From: a virus
Length of the DNA stretch: 44,644 nucleotides
Virus record (IMG/VR): IMGVR_UViG_3300045988_101216
Direction: 5' to 3' (one strand)
Positions 7,429 to 14,677 of the stretch are shown here, one piece after another; position 1 is the first letter of the stretch; each line of letters begins with the position of its first letter. The notes under the pieces were generated by a model, which had not been told where the DNA came from, ran no database searches, and saw nothing but the letters and a program-made list of their open reading frames with translations. The translations under genes and the position numbers were made by a program.

Positions 7429-8103
7429 TTAGCAAGCACAGTTTCCGCACCCATTGCCATATCCATAAGTCGCCTGATAAGGACTGCAAGTAATATAAGC
7501 CGGCACCGGAGTCGGACGTAATGTATTGATAATATTGTTTGTCTGACTTACGTTCGCAAGCTGGAGCTGTGCGGATTGAAGCTCAGTCTGCAAGGACTGA
7601 ATCTTATCGGTTGTGATCAGATCAACAATCCTCTGTGTTCCTGCATTCTGGGCATCAATCACATCCCTAAAACCATTGCAAAGCTGGCTCTGGAGTGCAT
7701 TTGCATTCTGATTCATGGTGTTCTGTAGTGCATTGGTCTGCATCGCAAGATTGTAATTGATTTCGCCCTGTCCCTGTTTTAAATCACAGCAACAATTTGC
7801 CATCTGGGAACCAAGCGTATTAAATCCATTGCAAAGCTGTGTAGAAATGTTCTGGATTCCGCTTTCGATTCCCTGCGTGGACAATGCCGCGTCAATATCT
7901 GCGCGTGTTGCATATCCCTGAAATGCCGGAGAATTTGCTCCACCATTTCCGCCCCAGCCGTTGCCGTAACCGCCCCAGCCAAAAGCGCCAAAAATGAGGA
8001 ACAATATAATCCACCATGCTCCGTCTCCACCCCAGCCGTCATTATTTCTTCCATTGTTGCCAGTTAATACAGCAACATCAGAAGCACTTAATCCATCTGT
8101 CAT
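7429..8103 (-). CDS. Gly/Trp-rich membrane protein with Cys-rich C-terminus
   Basis: ORF track, 224 aa. N-terminus GWGGDGAWWIILFLIFGAFGWGGYGNGWGGNGG. Duplicated QLCNGF motif, an NCCCD triplet, and a tail YGYGNGCGNCAC. Confidence 0.6.
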   Translation of the reverse strand: MTDGLSASDVAVLTGNNGRNNDGWGGDGAWWIILFLIFGAFGWGGYGNGWGGNGGANSPAFQGYATRADIDAALSTQGIESGIQNISTQLCNGFNTLGSQMANCCCDLKQGQGEINYNLAMQTNALQNTMNQNANALQSQLCNGFRDVIDAQNAGTQRIVDLITTDKIQSLQTELQSAQLQLANVSQTNNIINTLRPTPVPAYITCSPYQATYGYGNGCGNCAC

Positions 8104-8156
8104 AATTGTTTGCTCCTTTGAATTTATTTACAAAATCATGGCCATTGATTTATGTA

Positions 8157-8366
8157 CTATTTGAACAGCCCCTGCATCTGTTGAGCCAGCTGCTGAACCT
8201 TATTAAGCTGCGCCTGAGATATTTTCCCAGACTGTAAAAGTTTCTGGACTTCTTCCTGTGGATTTACTCCCTGCATCTGTTTTTTGAACTGTTGGAACTG
8301 CTGAAGCATATTCCCCGATCCATTATTGGATTTTCCACCAAGAAGATTAAAAAGAGGATTTCCCAT
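8157..8366 (-). CDS. Gln-rich small protein (69 aa)
   Basis: ORF track 8157..8468. Start moved to the ATG at 8366 (MGNPLFNLLGGK), 5 nt after the upstream stop. Confidence 0.55.
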   Translation of the reverse strand: MGNPLFNLLGGKSNNGSGNMLQQFQQFKKQMQGVNPQEEVQKLLQSGKISQAQLNKVQQLAQQMQGLFK

Positions 8367-8370
8367 AATA

Positions 8371-8826
8371 TCACTCACCCTTTCCAGTAGGTTTTGTTGC
8401 TGTTTCAAGAAGCCCGTATAGTTCTTCGTATTTGCCCCGTAAATCGTTGTATTCCTGACGGGTAACATATTTATCGTCTAAGCTAATTTCTTGCTGTTTC
8501 TGCGGCTCTGGCGCATTTACGCCAACCTCTTTATACTCAAACGTTCGGAGCGTTGGCATACCGGCACTATCCGTTGTCTTGATATAAAACCTCTCATTTT
8601 CGCTATCCATAAGCAACACACTTGTATTTGGAGCGACCAGATAACTCTTTGCCCCTGCTTCGCCCTGTACCCACAGAATCCCTTGATTGGTCTGCGGCAC
8701 TTGCGGCTGCTGTGGTGGCTGATACTGAGCCTGCATTTGTGCCAGCCTATCCATTTGTGGCTGTAATGGGTTATAATACGGTGTCGGTGCATAACCGCCA
8801 TATCCATTATTCATATAGCCTGCCAT
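8371..8826 (-). CDS. Pro/Gln/Tyr-rich N-terminus protein with a conserved beta-rich core
   Basis: ORF track, 151 aa. N-terminus MAGYMNNGYGGYAPTPYYNPLQPQ...QPPQQPQVPQ, then ILWVQGEAGAKSYLVAPNTSVLLMDSENERFYIKTTD. GGAGGAAAC RBS. Confidence 0.6.
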   Translation of the reverse strand: MAGYMNNGYGGYAPTPYYNPLQPQMDRLAQMQAQYQPPQQPQVPQTNQGILWVQGEAGAKSYLVAPNTSVLLMDSENERFYIKTTDSAGMPTLRTFEYKEVGVNAPEPQKQQEISLDDKYVTRQEYNDLRGKYEELYGLLETATKPTGKGE

Positions 8827-8839
8827 AGTGTTTCCTCCG

Positions 8840-8870
8840 TTCTATGACTATTTCTATAACTTTCTATGAC
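8840..8870. repeat. Three tandem copies of TTCTAT(G/A)AC just upstream of the cassette RBS
   Basis: Read directly: copies at 8840-8848, 8852-8860 and 8862-8870. On the minus strand this reads GTCATAGAA a GTTATAGAA ata GTCATAGAA cGGAGG. Confidence 0.7.
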
Positions 8871-8951
8871 TTAATTTTAGACATAAAAAAAGAACTCTGA
8901 CAGTTCGTCAAAGTCCTTGAAAAGTATCAAAAAAATATCGCTATTATTTTT

Positions 8952-9137
8952 TTATGGATTTATAATAAATTTATTTTGCCCAATAGTTACTTTATTGTCT
9001 TTTTGCAAAAATACAGGTTCCGTTCCGTTATAAACGTCTGCACATACATTATTTTTCAAAATACTCGGCTTTTCGCCGCTTAGATCAATACAGGCAATTA
9101 CTTCTTTCGTATCCTCTTCATATACTACCACAATCAT
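8952..9137 (-). CDS. Hypothetical protein (61 aa)
   Basis: ORF track. Tightly packed behind 9139..9339. Confidence 0.45.
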   Translation of the reverse strand: MIVVVYEEDTKEVIACIDLSGEKPSILKNNVCADVYNGTEPVFLQKDNKVTIGQNKFIINP

Positions 9138-9138
9138 A

Positions 9139-9339
9139 TCAGCACACCCTTATAATCTTATTATTCACTTTCCTGCTCAACCGCTTAATGGTTGATACGC
9201 TTACATTCATCAGCTCCGCACACTGTTCAAGCGGTACACCTTTTGCACGATATTCAAAAAGCGTGCTTTCGTCCTTTGTGAAATTACAGTATGTACGAAA
9301 ATAATTCAGTTCCGGTACGGTAAAGTCATATACTTTCAA
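9139..9339 (-). CDS. Small sigma-70 region-4-like HTH protein
   Basis: ORF track, 66 aa. The segment FTKDESTLFEYRAKGVPLEQCAELMNVSVSTIKRLSRKVNNKI resembles a region 4 / LuxR-type HTH. Confidence 0.5.
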   Translation of the reverse strand: MKVYDFTVPELNYFRTYCNFTKDESTLFEYRAKGVPLEQCAELMNVSVSTIKRLSRKVNNKIIRVC

Positions 9340-9350
9340 TCCGCCACCCC

Positions 9351-9686
9351 TTATTTTTCGGTCAAGGCGTTTATAAGTTCGTCTCTTGTTTTTTTTAGAC
9401 CCTCTATGTTGTTTCCGGTTATCTTGTTTTCGATTAAGCAGAACATACTACGCATAAGCAGATTCATGTCATTTCGATTATTATTAATGCTTTCATAATC
9501 ATTATTAAGTTTCTGCTTTATATCTTTTATATCTGATTCTATTACTGTGATACGATTTTCTAAATCGTTTGTCGGTTTTTTGTACTTTTTATAAGCTCCG
9601 GTTAAAATAGCCGCAGCTCCTCCTATAATAGAAATTCCTCCACATATAGAAAGTATTGTTTGTACTGTTGTTATTAAGTCTTCCAT
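9351..9686 (-). CDS. N-terminally anchored coiled-coil membrane protein
   Basis: ORF track 9351..9779. Start moved to the ATG at 9686 (MEDLITTVQTILSICGGISIIGGAAAILTG), 1 nt after the upstream TAA. Confidence 0.5.
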   Translation of the reverse strand: MEDLITTVQTILSICGGISIIGGAAAILTGAYKKYKKPTNDLENRITVIESDIKDIKQKLNNDYESINNNRNDMNLLMRSMFCLIENKITGNNIEGLKKTRDELINALTEK

Positions 9687-9687
9687 A

Positions 9688-10065
9688 TTATCTCTCCCAG
9701 TAATATATTGGTATCTCGTTCCCACTATCCCACGAATCCCAGTAATACCCGTCCTGCACACATACCACATGACCGTCAATCGCCAGTATGTAAGTTCCTT
9801 TTGGGTTGTCCTCGCAGAAATCTCGGACAGTGTATATATCCTGATTGTGGTCGTCTACCAGATGTCGCCGGAATCCCTTACGGCGGAGATACGCGCTCCA
9901 TACATGATTAGCCGAGGGCATATCTGACAAAGAAAATCCCATGAATGACAGTCCTGCATAGGTCGTTTCCCAGTCTTGATTTAATGCTTTGCTGATTGCT
10001 CGGACTGTGCAGTCTCCGACATTACTGCCCCGTGGGTTCGGATTGTATAGTTTCCATCTGTTCAT
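9688..10065 (-). CDS. Putative papain-fold Cys-His-Asp peptidase/amidase
   Basis: ORF track 9688..10071 (TTG). Start moved to the ATG at 10065. Motifs GDCTVRAISKAL, IDGHVVCV and DSWDSG are spaced like a Cys/His/Asp triad. Confidence 0.35.
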   Translation of the reverse strand: MNRWKLYNPNPRGSNVGDCTVRAISKALNQDWETTYAGLSFMGFSLSDMPSANHVWSAYLRRKGFRRHLVDDHNQDIYTVRDFCEDNPKGTYILAIDGHVVCVQDGYYWDSWDSGNEIPIYYWER

Positions 10066-10175
10066 AGGCAATCAAACTTCTTCCTTCCGCATTTTTACAT
10101 TCTTTCAAAGCAATATATCCTCTATCCGTTCTTAATCTTGACTTCGTTTTATATATGTGTTTGCAAAATAACATC

Positions 10176-10654
10176 TTAATTAGACTTTTTTGCATTTTCA
10201 TATCTCCTCGCCGCTCCTGCCGCTTTCATAGCCTGTTCTCTGTCCCATTTCGCCGTTTTTAATCTTTCCGCATAAGGCTTTAAATTATTATCTTCGCAAT
10301 ACTGCTTGTATGCGGTGTTCTGCTTTTTCAGCAGATAAGACTTTCTGTCAAACTCCTGCTGCAACTCAAATTTTAGTTTTTCATCACGGCAATTATCAAT
10401 AGCAGTCTGCATATTCTGTATTTTCCGCTTCGTATCACGCACACGCCACTCCAATGCCCTTTGTCTCTGCTGTTTCTCATAGGTTTTTCTATTTTCTTCC
10501 GTGTCGTACTGTTCAAACGGGTTTGTTGATATTCCCGGATAGTACGGTCCGAAGCTATGCCGACAGTTGGCTAAGCTCCGCAGAGTCCATCAACATATCC
10601 ATATCTAGTAGATTCTACAAAATCTGGATATTTTCTTTCTTCTGCGTTTTCCAT
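10176..10654 (-). pseudogene. C-terminal half of the SPP1 gp7 / Mu F-type minor head protein, with an internal frameshift
   Basis: The ATG at 10654 gives MENAEERKYPDFVESTRYGYVDGLCGA, then TAG at 10571-10573. The -1 frame continues LANCRHSFGPYYPGISTNPFEQY...EWRVRDTKRK into ORF-track 10176..10454. Confidence 0.7.
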
Positions 10655-10655
10655 A

Positions 10656-11327
10656 TCAATCACCTGCCTTTTTATTCCAATACTTTTCTTCTGCTGTTAT
10701 TCTGGCTTCTACAGCTTCTTTTTCTGTATCGAAATATCCTAAATGTATTGTTTTATAATTCACGCCTATCGTGGCTCTGTATTTCACATTTCCACTTTTA
10801 AAAACAGTTTTTATAACTCCAGAATGGACGGTCTTACAATCAGTTCGTTTTCCACGATTCCAACAATTTTCTTGATGAGTTATCCATCTGCAATTTTCAG
10901 GACTATACCCTTTGTCATTGTCTATTCTATCAAGAGTCAAATCATCTGAATATCCATTTTCCATCGACCAATTATAAAAATTGGAAAATCCGTTTTCGCC
11001 TTTCCATTCTTCACATACATCAATTCCACGTCCTCCGTAGTTCTCATAATGCGAAGCAGATGGGTTTTTACACCTGTGAAGAATACCTCGCCATTCTTTA
11101 TGTATTCTGCTTTTATATTTACCATGAATTAAAGACGCTTTGGAAGTTCTTTCTTTCTGCAAACACCCACATGACTGTGTATGCCCTGATTTCAATTTTG
11201 AAGTAGACACATATAAAATATTACCACAATCACATAAACACTCCCATTTATGAATCCAGTTTTCATGCGTTCCGTCTCCAATGACTCTTAGCCTTCCAAA
11301 TTTCTTCCCTATAAGATTTTCTTTCAT
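10656..11327 (-). CDS. HNH homing endonuclease with C-terminal AP2-type DNA-binding domain
   Basis: ORF track. Contains GKKFGRLRVIG...CLCDCGN...SCGC, LTLDRIDNDKGYSPENCRWITHQEN (HNH) and YRATIGVNYKTIHLGYFDTEKEAVEAR (AP2-like). Its stop overlaps the next ATG (TGATATG). Confidence 0.8.
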   Translation of the reverse strand: MKENLIGKKFGRLRVIGDGTHENWIHKWECLCDCGNILYVSTSKLKSGHTQSCGCLQKERTSKASLIHGKYKSRIHKEWRGILHRCKNPSASHYENYGGRGIDVCEEWKGENGFSNFYNWSMENGYSDDLTLDRIDNDKGYSPENCRWITHQENCWNRGKRTDCKTVHSGVIKTVFKSGNVKYRATIGVNYKTIHLGYFDTEKEAVEARITAEEKYWNKKAGD

Positions 11328-11353
11328 TTATCACGCACTCCTTTTATATACAT

Positions 11354-11417
11354 TCAACTACTTTCAGTTTATCATAATTACATTGTAATTGCAAGTAGTT
11401 GAAATATATGATAGAAT
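11354..11417. promoter_or_regulatory. Divergent control region: nested palindromes plus TTGCAA-17-TGaTAGAAT promoter
   Basis: TTCAACTACTT (11354-11364) pairs with AAGTAGTTGAA (11393-11403). Inner palindrome AATTACAtTGTAATT at 11376-11390. Plus-strand -35 at 11389-11394 and -10 at 11412-11417. Confidence 0.6.
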
Positions 11418-11439
11418 ACAATAAAAGGAGGTTGACAGC

Positions 11440-11604
11440 ATGAAAGAAAATCGTGGCTTGAAAAACCGCATAGCCATATCAAACGCAATAGATAAATCCC
11501 TTTACGAAAAGCTTAAACAGTATTCCGATGATACGGGAATCCCTATAAGCAAACTTCTTGACAAATCAATAGCTATGTTTCTTGAAAGTATAGAGAGAAA
11601 TTGA
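11440..11604 (+). CDS. Ribbon-helix-helix (CopG/Arc-like) protein, 54 aa
   Basis: Manual translation MKENRGLKNRIAISNAIDKSLYEKLKQYSDDTGIPISKLLDKSIAMFLESIERN. AAAAGGAGG RBS. Below the ORF-track cutoff. Confidence 0.7.
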   Translation: MKENRGLKNRIAISNAIDKSLYEKLKQYSDDTGIPISKLLDKSIAMFLESIERN

Positions 11605-11610
11605 CTCTCT

Positions 11611-12372
11611 TTACACTTTTATTTTGTTCCAATCGACCGAAAATACCTTTCCTTGCCACGGTTCATGTGTCGGTCTCGCTCCCATGTGTGCAGATGTAAG
11701 AACATATTTCACACCCATCTCTTTCGCTCTTGCAAGCGATACCTCAGCGGCACACTGACTGATTCCTGTTCTCAAAATCATCATCGTGGCAGATTCTATA
11801 CTCATTTTATAGCCAGAAGGATAATTTACTTTCAGCCCTGTTTCTGATACCTCTTTTAGTACGTCTCTGACAGCTTCTGTGTACGATACAGCCCCAGAAA
11901 CAACCATATTATAAGCGCTGTCCATCTGATTGATAAAAAGCCTCTGAGCCTCGTTTGCGGTAGTCTTAGTGAAGTTTCGCCACTCCCCTGCGGTAGCCTC
12001 GTAATTCCTCTGCATTATCCGCATAAGTGCCGGAGATTGCAAGAGCGGAACGGGAGACAGCCCAGCGGCCTGATAGATTTTATCGTCCCACTGTAAAGCT
12101 GTTACTCCTGCATCTTCCATAGCTTCTTTGATTTCCTGCACCTGCTTTTTGGTCTTATCGGAAAGCTCCTGCTGTATATCTTCCAGAAGATAGCCAGCCT
12201 CTTGCAATACCTCAATCTGCCATTTGTCCGTAGCGGTCAGAAGATAATCTTCGCCCCGTCCGATTCTCGCCATCATGCGGGCTATAATCTTGTCCAGTAT
12301 ATTTTTATGAAGCTGCGAGGCGATATTTTCAGCCCCTTCGGTTATGCGGTATAGATATTCTGGTGTAAGCAT
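11611..12372 (-). CDS. N-terminal half of the SPP1 gp7 / Mu F-type minor head protein
   Basis: ORF track, 253 aa. Ends ...SAHMGARPTHEPWQGKVFSVDWNKIKV, so it stops inside the conserved domain, before the NCRH motif. Confidence 0.75.
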   Translation of the reverse strand: MLTPEYLYRITEGAENIASQLHKNILDKIIARMMARIGRGEDYLLTATDKWQIEVLQEAGYLLEDIQQELSDKTKKQVQEIKEAMEDAGVTALQWDDKIYQAAGLSPVPLLQSPALMRIMQRNYEATAGEWRNFTKTTANEAQRLFINQMDSAYNMVVSGAVSYTEAVRDVLKEVSETGLKVNYPSGYKMSIESATMMILRTGISQCAAEVSLARAKEMGVKYVLTSAHMGARPTHEPWQGKVFSVDWNKIKV

Positions 12373-12638
12373 TAAACCACCTCATATGTTTTTTCAAAAA
12401 TATCAGGTTTGCATGAATATAATTCTCCATTTATACCTTGAATAACATAATCTCCTACTGTTACATGGTGGTCCCCTTCAAGAGTGCGAATAAACAGCTC
12501 TGGTCCATCATAGTACATGGTATTATTATTCACTGCACTAATTGCCCATTCTGGGACATATGGTTTCCCAATAGAATTTATCATGTCTCCATCATACTGG
12601 AACGCTTCAATTACAACTGGTTTCTTCCTATACTTCAT
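12372..12638 (-). CDS. Hypothetical phage protein (88 aa)
   Basis: ORF track. MKYRKKPVVIEAFQ...GDYVIQGINGELYSCKPDIFEKTYE resembles a recurrent phage family of unknown function. Confidence 0.5.
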   Translation of the reverse strand: MKYRKKPVVIEAFQYDGDMINSIGKPYVPEWAISAVNNNTMYYDGPELFIRTLEGDHHVTVGDYVIQGINGELYSCKPDIFEKTYEVV

Positions 12639-12641
12639 AGC

Positions 12642-12938
12642 CTATTCCTCCGTCTTTTTAACCTGCTTAATAACCTGATTCACGTATGTACTCAGTCCGG
12701 CAACAAGAATACCCTGCACAAGCGCTGTAAATACCGCCAAAGCGATTTCCTGACCGTTTGTCAGCGGGCTTGTTGCCAGCACCCATATAGCACAAAGACC
12801 AATTCCAATGCCGCCTAAAATTAACGGGATGTACTTATCTGCTACAGCTTCTGCCTTTTTAAATCCCATTCCCACAAAATACAGTACAATAGCAACAACA
12901 ATCAGTTCCGGTTTTACATAGTTCATAATCTGTTCCAT
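12642..12938 (-). CDS. Holin (three TM segments, Hol44-like)
   Basis: ORF track, 98 aa. PELIVVAIVLYFVGMGFKK..DKYIPLILGGIGIGLCAIWVLA..ALAVFTALVQGILVAGLSTYVNQVIKQ, with a charged C-terminus. Confidence 0.65.
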   Translation of the reverse strand: MEQIMNYVKPELIVVAIVLYFVGMGFKKAEAVADKYIPLILGGIGIGLCAIWVLATSPLTNGQEIALAVFTALVQGILVAGLSTYVNQVIKQVKKTEE

Positions 12939-12950
12939 AGTCTTTCTCCT

Positions 12951-14420
12951 TTACTCTTCTTGAAATCTGCTAAATAGTGTTTCCTGTTCCATCTGCGCCG
13001 CCTTTGATTCTTCGATCATAGTTTTCGCTTCTTCTTCTGACATTTTTTCAAACTTCACATAATACATCCACGGTGGTACATCACCCTGTAAGCGATATTT
13101 CCACCAGTTTGCCATATCCTCCTGATAGTTATATGTAATATCGCCAAAGCTGAAAGACATGCCCTCTTTAAGCGTTTCCCATAACTCCGGCGGTGTATCT
13201 GAATACAGATCAGCCATAACATTGCAGCCATATAAAAGCTGTGTAATGGTGTCCTGCAAAGCGTCACGGATATTTTTGATTGTCCTTATGGTTTCCTGAT
13301 CGTCCGCCTCTACTTGCGTTGCCGTCATCATGCCTGTTTTTTCGTCCAGTACAAACATTCCCTGAGAGAATCCGCATTTCGTTGAAATCATGGCAAGAAT
13401 AGAATTTATATCCTTAATTCTTTGTTCTGTTAGCAAAGTCGAAACGTGTTCGTGAACTGTGCTGTCCGCGTCCACACCCATTTCCAATCCACGAAGGAAC
13501 CGGGGCAGCTTAACGCCATGCTGATCTGCGTACTGGATAGCTGCTTGTGCCACAAAAGTCATGTGCTTGCTGTCCTCAACCTCACTGGACTTCCGGCTCC
13601 AAGCTATGTCAAGGTCTTTTAATTCTTTCAAAGCGTTATGCCATATCGGAACGCCAAGAGGACTTGTCCTGTCAATGCGGTTCGGAGCGGGATTTTTGAA
13701 ATAGGCAAACAACGGCATTTCCACATTCAACAGAGATATATCTGGTTCGATATTCGCCCACTCCTTAACTTCTGTAAGCGGAATCTGGTCTCCGGGAGAA
13801 TTGCTTGCAGATTCATATTGCCAAGTACTAATATTAAATTTTGTTTTTTTCTTGTAAGCATAATTGGTAATCCGGTATACTCTTGACGACGTTCCGTCCT
13901 CTGTCGTCACTTCCTCAAACCTGTGCCATTCCAAACGTGTATATGTATACTCTCCACGATGTATCTGCGTTTGAAACACACAGCCCAAGATATTACCGTT
14001 GCTGTCCGTTTCCGTAGGCGCAAAGCTGCCCGGCTCAATGTAGTCTATGTTATCCCCATTTGGTTTAAACATAATGCCGCAATTTCCCAACGCCTCAGAA
14101 ACCTTGTCCGTGATAACTGCCAGTACATAATCAGCCTGCTTTTGTAAATACTCCGCACGCTTTCCGCCAGAAATATCAATGCCTAAGTCAAGCGTCACAA
14201 GCCCGGCTGTCACATCATTTATGTACCCGGCAAAATTGATACTTTCTATGTCGTCGTCCGGGTCTAGCCACGGCGGCTTCCCGGCTGTGATGTTGTAATA
14301 ATCATTTATAGCTTTCTCCATGACAGACGATAGCTGTATATCTGCCTGAAACCGCTCTTCTATCTCTTTCCGAAACAATCTATTCCACACCGCCTTTATC
14401 CATGTTATCAGCCCCATCAC
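12951..14420 (-). CDS. Portal protein (SPP1 gp6-like)
   Basis: ORF track, 489 aa. Position between the terminase and the minor head protein. Confidence 0.85.
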   Translation of the reverse strand: MMGLITWIKAVWNRLFRKEIEERFQADIQLSSVMEKAINDYYNITAGKPPWLDPDDDIESINFAGYINDVTAGLVTLDLGIDISGGKRAEYLQKQADYVLAVITDKVSEALGNCGIMFKPNGDNIDYIEPGSFAPTETDSNGNILGCVFQTQIHRGEYTYTRLEWHRFEEVTTEDGTSSRVYRITNYAYKKKTKFNISTWQYESASNSPGDQIPLTEVKEWANIEPDISLLNVEMPLFAYFKNPAPNRIDRTSPLGVPIWHNALKELKDLDIAWSRKSSEVEDSKHMTFVAQAAIQYADQHGVKLPRFLRGLEMGVDADSTVHEHVSTLLTEQRIKDINSILAMISTKCGFSQGMFVLDEKTGMMTATQVEADDQETIRTIKNIRDALQDTITQLLYGCNVMADLYSDTPPELWETLKEGMSFSFGDITYNYQEDMANWWKYRLQGDVPPWMYYVKFEKMSEEEAKTMIEESKAAQMEQETLFSRFQEE

Positions 14421-14421
14421 A

Positions 14422-14643
14422 TCACCTTACAATTTTTCCAAGTTCCACAGGCTCACCGTGGATTTTTTCATATTCTCTTGCTCCTAATAATATTACTTCT
14501 CTTAGCTTATCCTCATCGATGAGGACGGCGTTTCTAAGCCCTGAGTTTTCGGAAATCCATTTATTTATTGCTTCTATAATGGCTTTGTTCTGCTTCTCCT
14601 GAACTACCTCTACCATTATTTCTACTGTCGTTATTGCGTCCAT
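14422..14643 (-). CDS. Hypothetical protein (73 aa)
   Basis: ORF track 14422..14664. Start moved to the ATG at 14643 behind AGGAGGATAT. Confidence 0.45.
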   Translation of the reverse strand: MDAITTVEIMVEVVQEKQNKAIIEAINKWISENSGLRNAVLIDEDKLREVILLGAREYEKIHGEPVELGKIVR

Positions 14644-14677
14644 ATATCCTCCTATACAATCCACCTATTCAATTGCC

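Larger units (their letters stand above)
10655..11610. mobile_element. HNH-AP2 endonuclease plus RHH cassette inserted inside the minor head protein gene
   Basis: 956 bp separate the two halves of one conserved domain. The insert carries 10656..11327 (-) and 11440..11604 (+) with divergent promoters. Confidence 0.65.

Noticed and set aside
10072-10173. About 49-codon minus-strand ORF (MLFCKHIYKTKSRLRTDRGYIALKECKNAEGRSLIAYEQME...), possibly an HNH remnant
   Set aside because: It has no RBS, overlaps the start of 9688..10065, and its resemblance to HNH endonuclease N-termini is too weak to support by eye.
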